Source: a virus | Taxonomy: Duplodnaviria; Caudoviricetes | Reading direction: 5' to 3' (one strand) | Length of the DNA stretch: 64,000 nt | IMG/VR virus record: IMGVR_UViG_3300033076_001357 | Coordinates: 21,120 to 85,119 of that record | Shown: positions 63,407 to 64,000 of the stretch, in pieces | Layout: every line of letters begins with the position of its first letter | Numbering within the stretch: position 1 is the first letter of the stretch | Made by a program: the position numbers and the translations under genes | Notes under the pieces: model-generated | What the model saw: only the letters and a program-made list of their open reading frames with translations | Databases searched by the model: none | What the model was told of the DNA's origin: nothing

Positions 63407-63751
63407 GTGAACACCGCCCCCCTGACCGACACCCCCCACGCCCGCCGCCGCGTCGCGCTGCTCGCCGAGGCCAGCCGCAAGCGGGCGGCGGCCGAGGGTC
63501 GCTGGCTGGCGACCCGCACCCCCGCCGCCCTGCGGTACCTGCGCACCGCTGCCGACCGGGAGCTGCGGCTGTTCCTGGCGGGAACCGACGAGCGTGACGC
63601 GGCGTGGTCTGCGCTGGCAGCGGTCAGGAAGGCTGCTGACGCGACCGACCGCGCGCTGGCCGCTGACGCAACCGCGCGCTGGGCGCGGTTGGCGGGTCTG
63701 GGCGTTCGTGACGCTGCCGCCCGGCTGCGCCTGGTCGCGTTCGGCGACTAG
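63407..63751 (+). CDS. Ala/Arg-rich hypothetical protein
   Basis: ORF track; followed by a 17-bp hairpin. Confidence 0.55.
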   Translation: MNTAPLTDTPHARRRVALLAEASRKRAAAEGRWLATRTPAALRYLRTAADRELRLFLAGTDERDAAWSALAAVRKAADATDRALAADATARWARLAGLGVRDAAARLRLVAFGD

Positions 63752-63796
63752 CTCGCTCCCCGCCCGGTGTGACGCGCGTCACACCGGGCGGGGGGG

Positions 63797-63896
63797 TTGC
63801 GCGGGGGGTTGCGGGTGTGGTAAGATGGAATCACAACGGCGGGGGGGTCACCCCCGCCGGACCCGCCCCCCGCCCGGGGGGCCGTCACCGGAGGTT
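63797..63896 (+). promoter_or_regulatory. Promoter-leader module, copy 2
   Basis: TTGCGC-N18-TAAGAT; GGAGG RBS before ATG 63902 (partial gene). Confidence 0.65.
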
Positions 63897-64000
63897 ACCT
63901 CATGTCGCACACCGTCACCGCCGCCGCCCGCCGCGCCGCCGCCGCCGGGGTCGCCGCCCGCCGCGACGTCGCCACCGCCCCCGCCGGGTGGCGGGCCCAG

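Noticed and set aside
1-64000. Integrase/attP or transposase
   Set aside because: No tyrosine or serine recombinase or DDE motifs were recognised; one could lie outside the window.
1-64000. Ro60/Rsr (TROVE) or RtcB partner for the Y-RNA-like modules
   Set aside because: No ORF of suitable size or motif content was found in the window.

Overview
A 64-kb slice of a high-GC, long-tailed (siphovirus-like) actinobacterial phage genome, probably of a Streptomyces-like host, that runs off both ends of the window. Almost everything from 1 to 56 kb is on the minus strand. In coordinate order the blocks are: replication/recombination genes (prim-pol/helicase, two XRE HTH paralogues, DUF669-like SSB, Sak4-like ATPase, Cas4/RecB-like exonuclease); lysis genes (permuted NlpC/P60 hydrolase, GH25 endolysin, holin-like proteins); a full tail/head/packaging operon; and a run of small early genes behind repeated sigma70-type promoters. 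A plus-strand block at 56-62 kb ends in a Streptomyces-type Spd-like/TraB (FtsK) conjugation module. No integrase is visible. The most unusual content is non-coding. At 44.06-44.52 kb, directly downstream of a separately promoted 245-aa gene, are two circularly permuted tRNA-like modules (T-arm, closed acceptor stem, D-arm) and a 12-bp minihelix ending in CCA, followed by three ordinary tRNAs. At 6.0-6.9 kb are one real tRNA-Phe, three tRNA-shaped RNAs whose anticodon arm is replaced or rearranged, an element with three identical T-loop hairpins, and a tiny basic ORF. Two copies of an iteron-like TGGAACAC array sit 51.5 kb apart. All folds and family calls were made by eye and from recalled family motifs; no searches were run.
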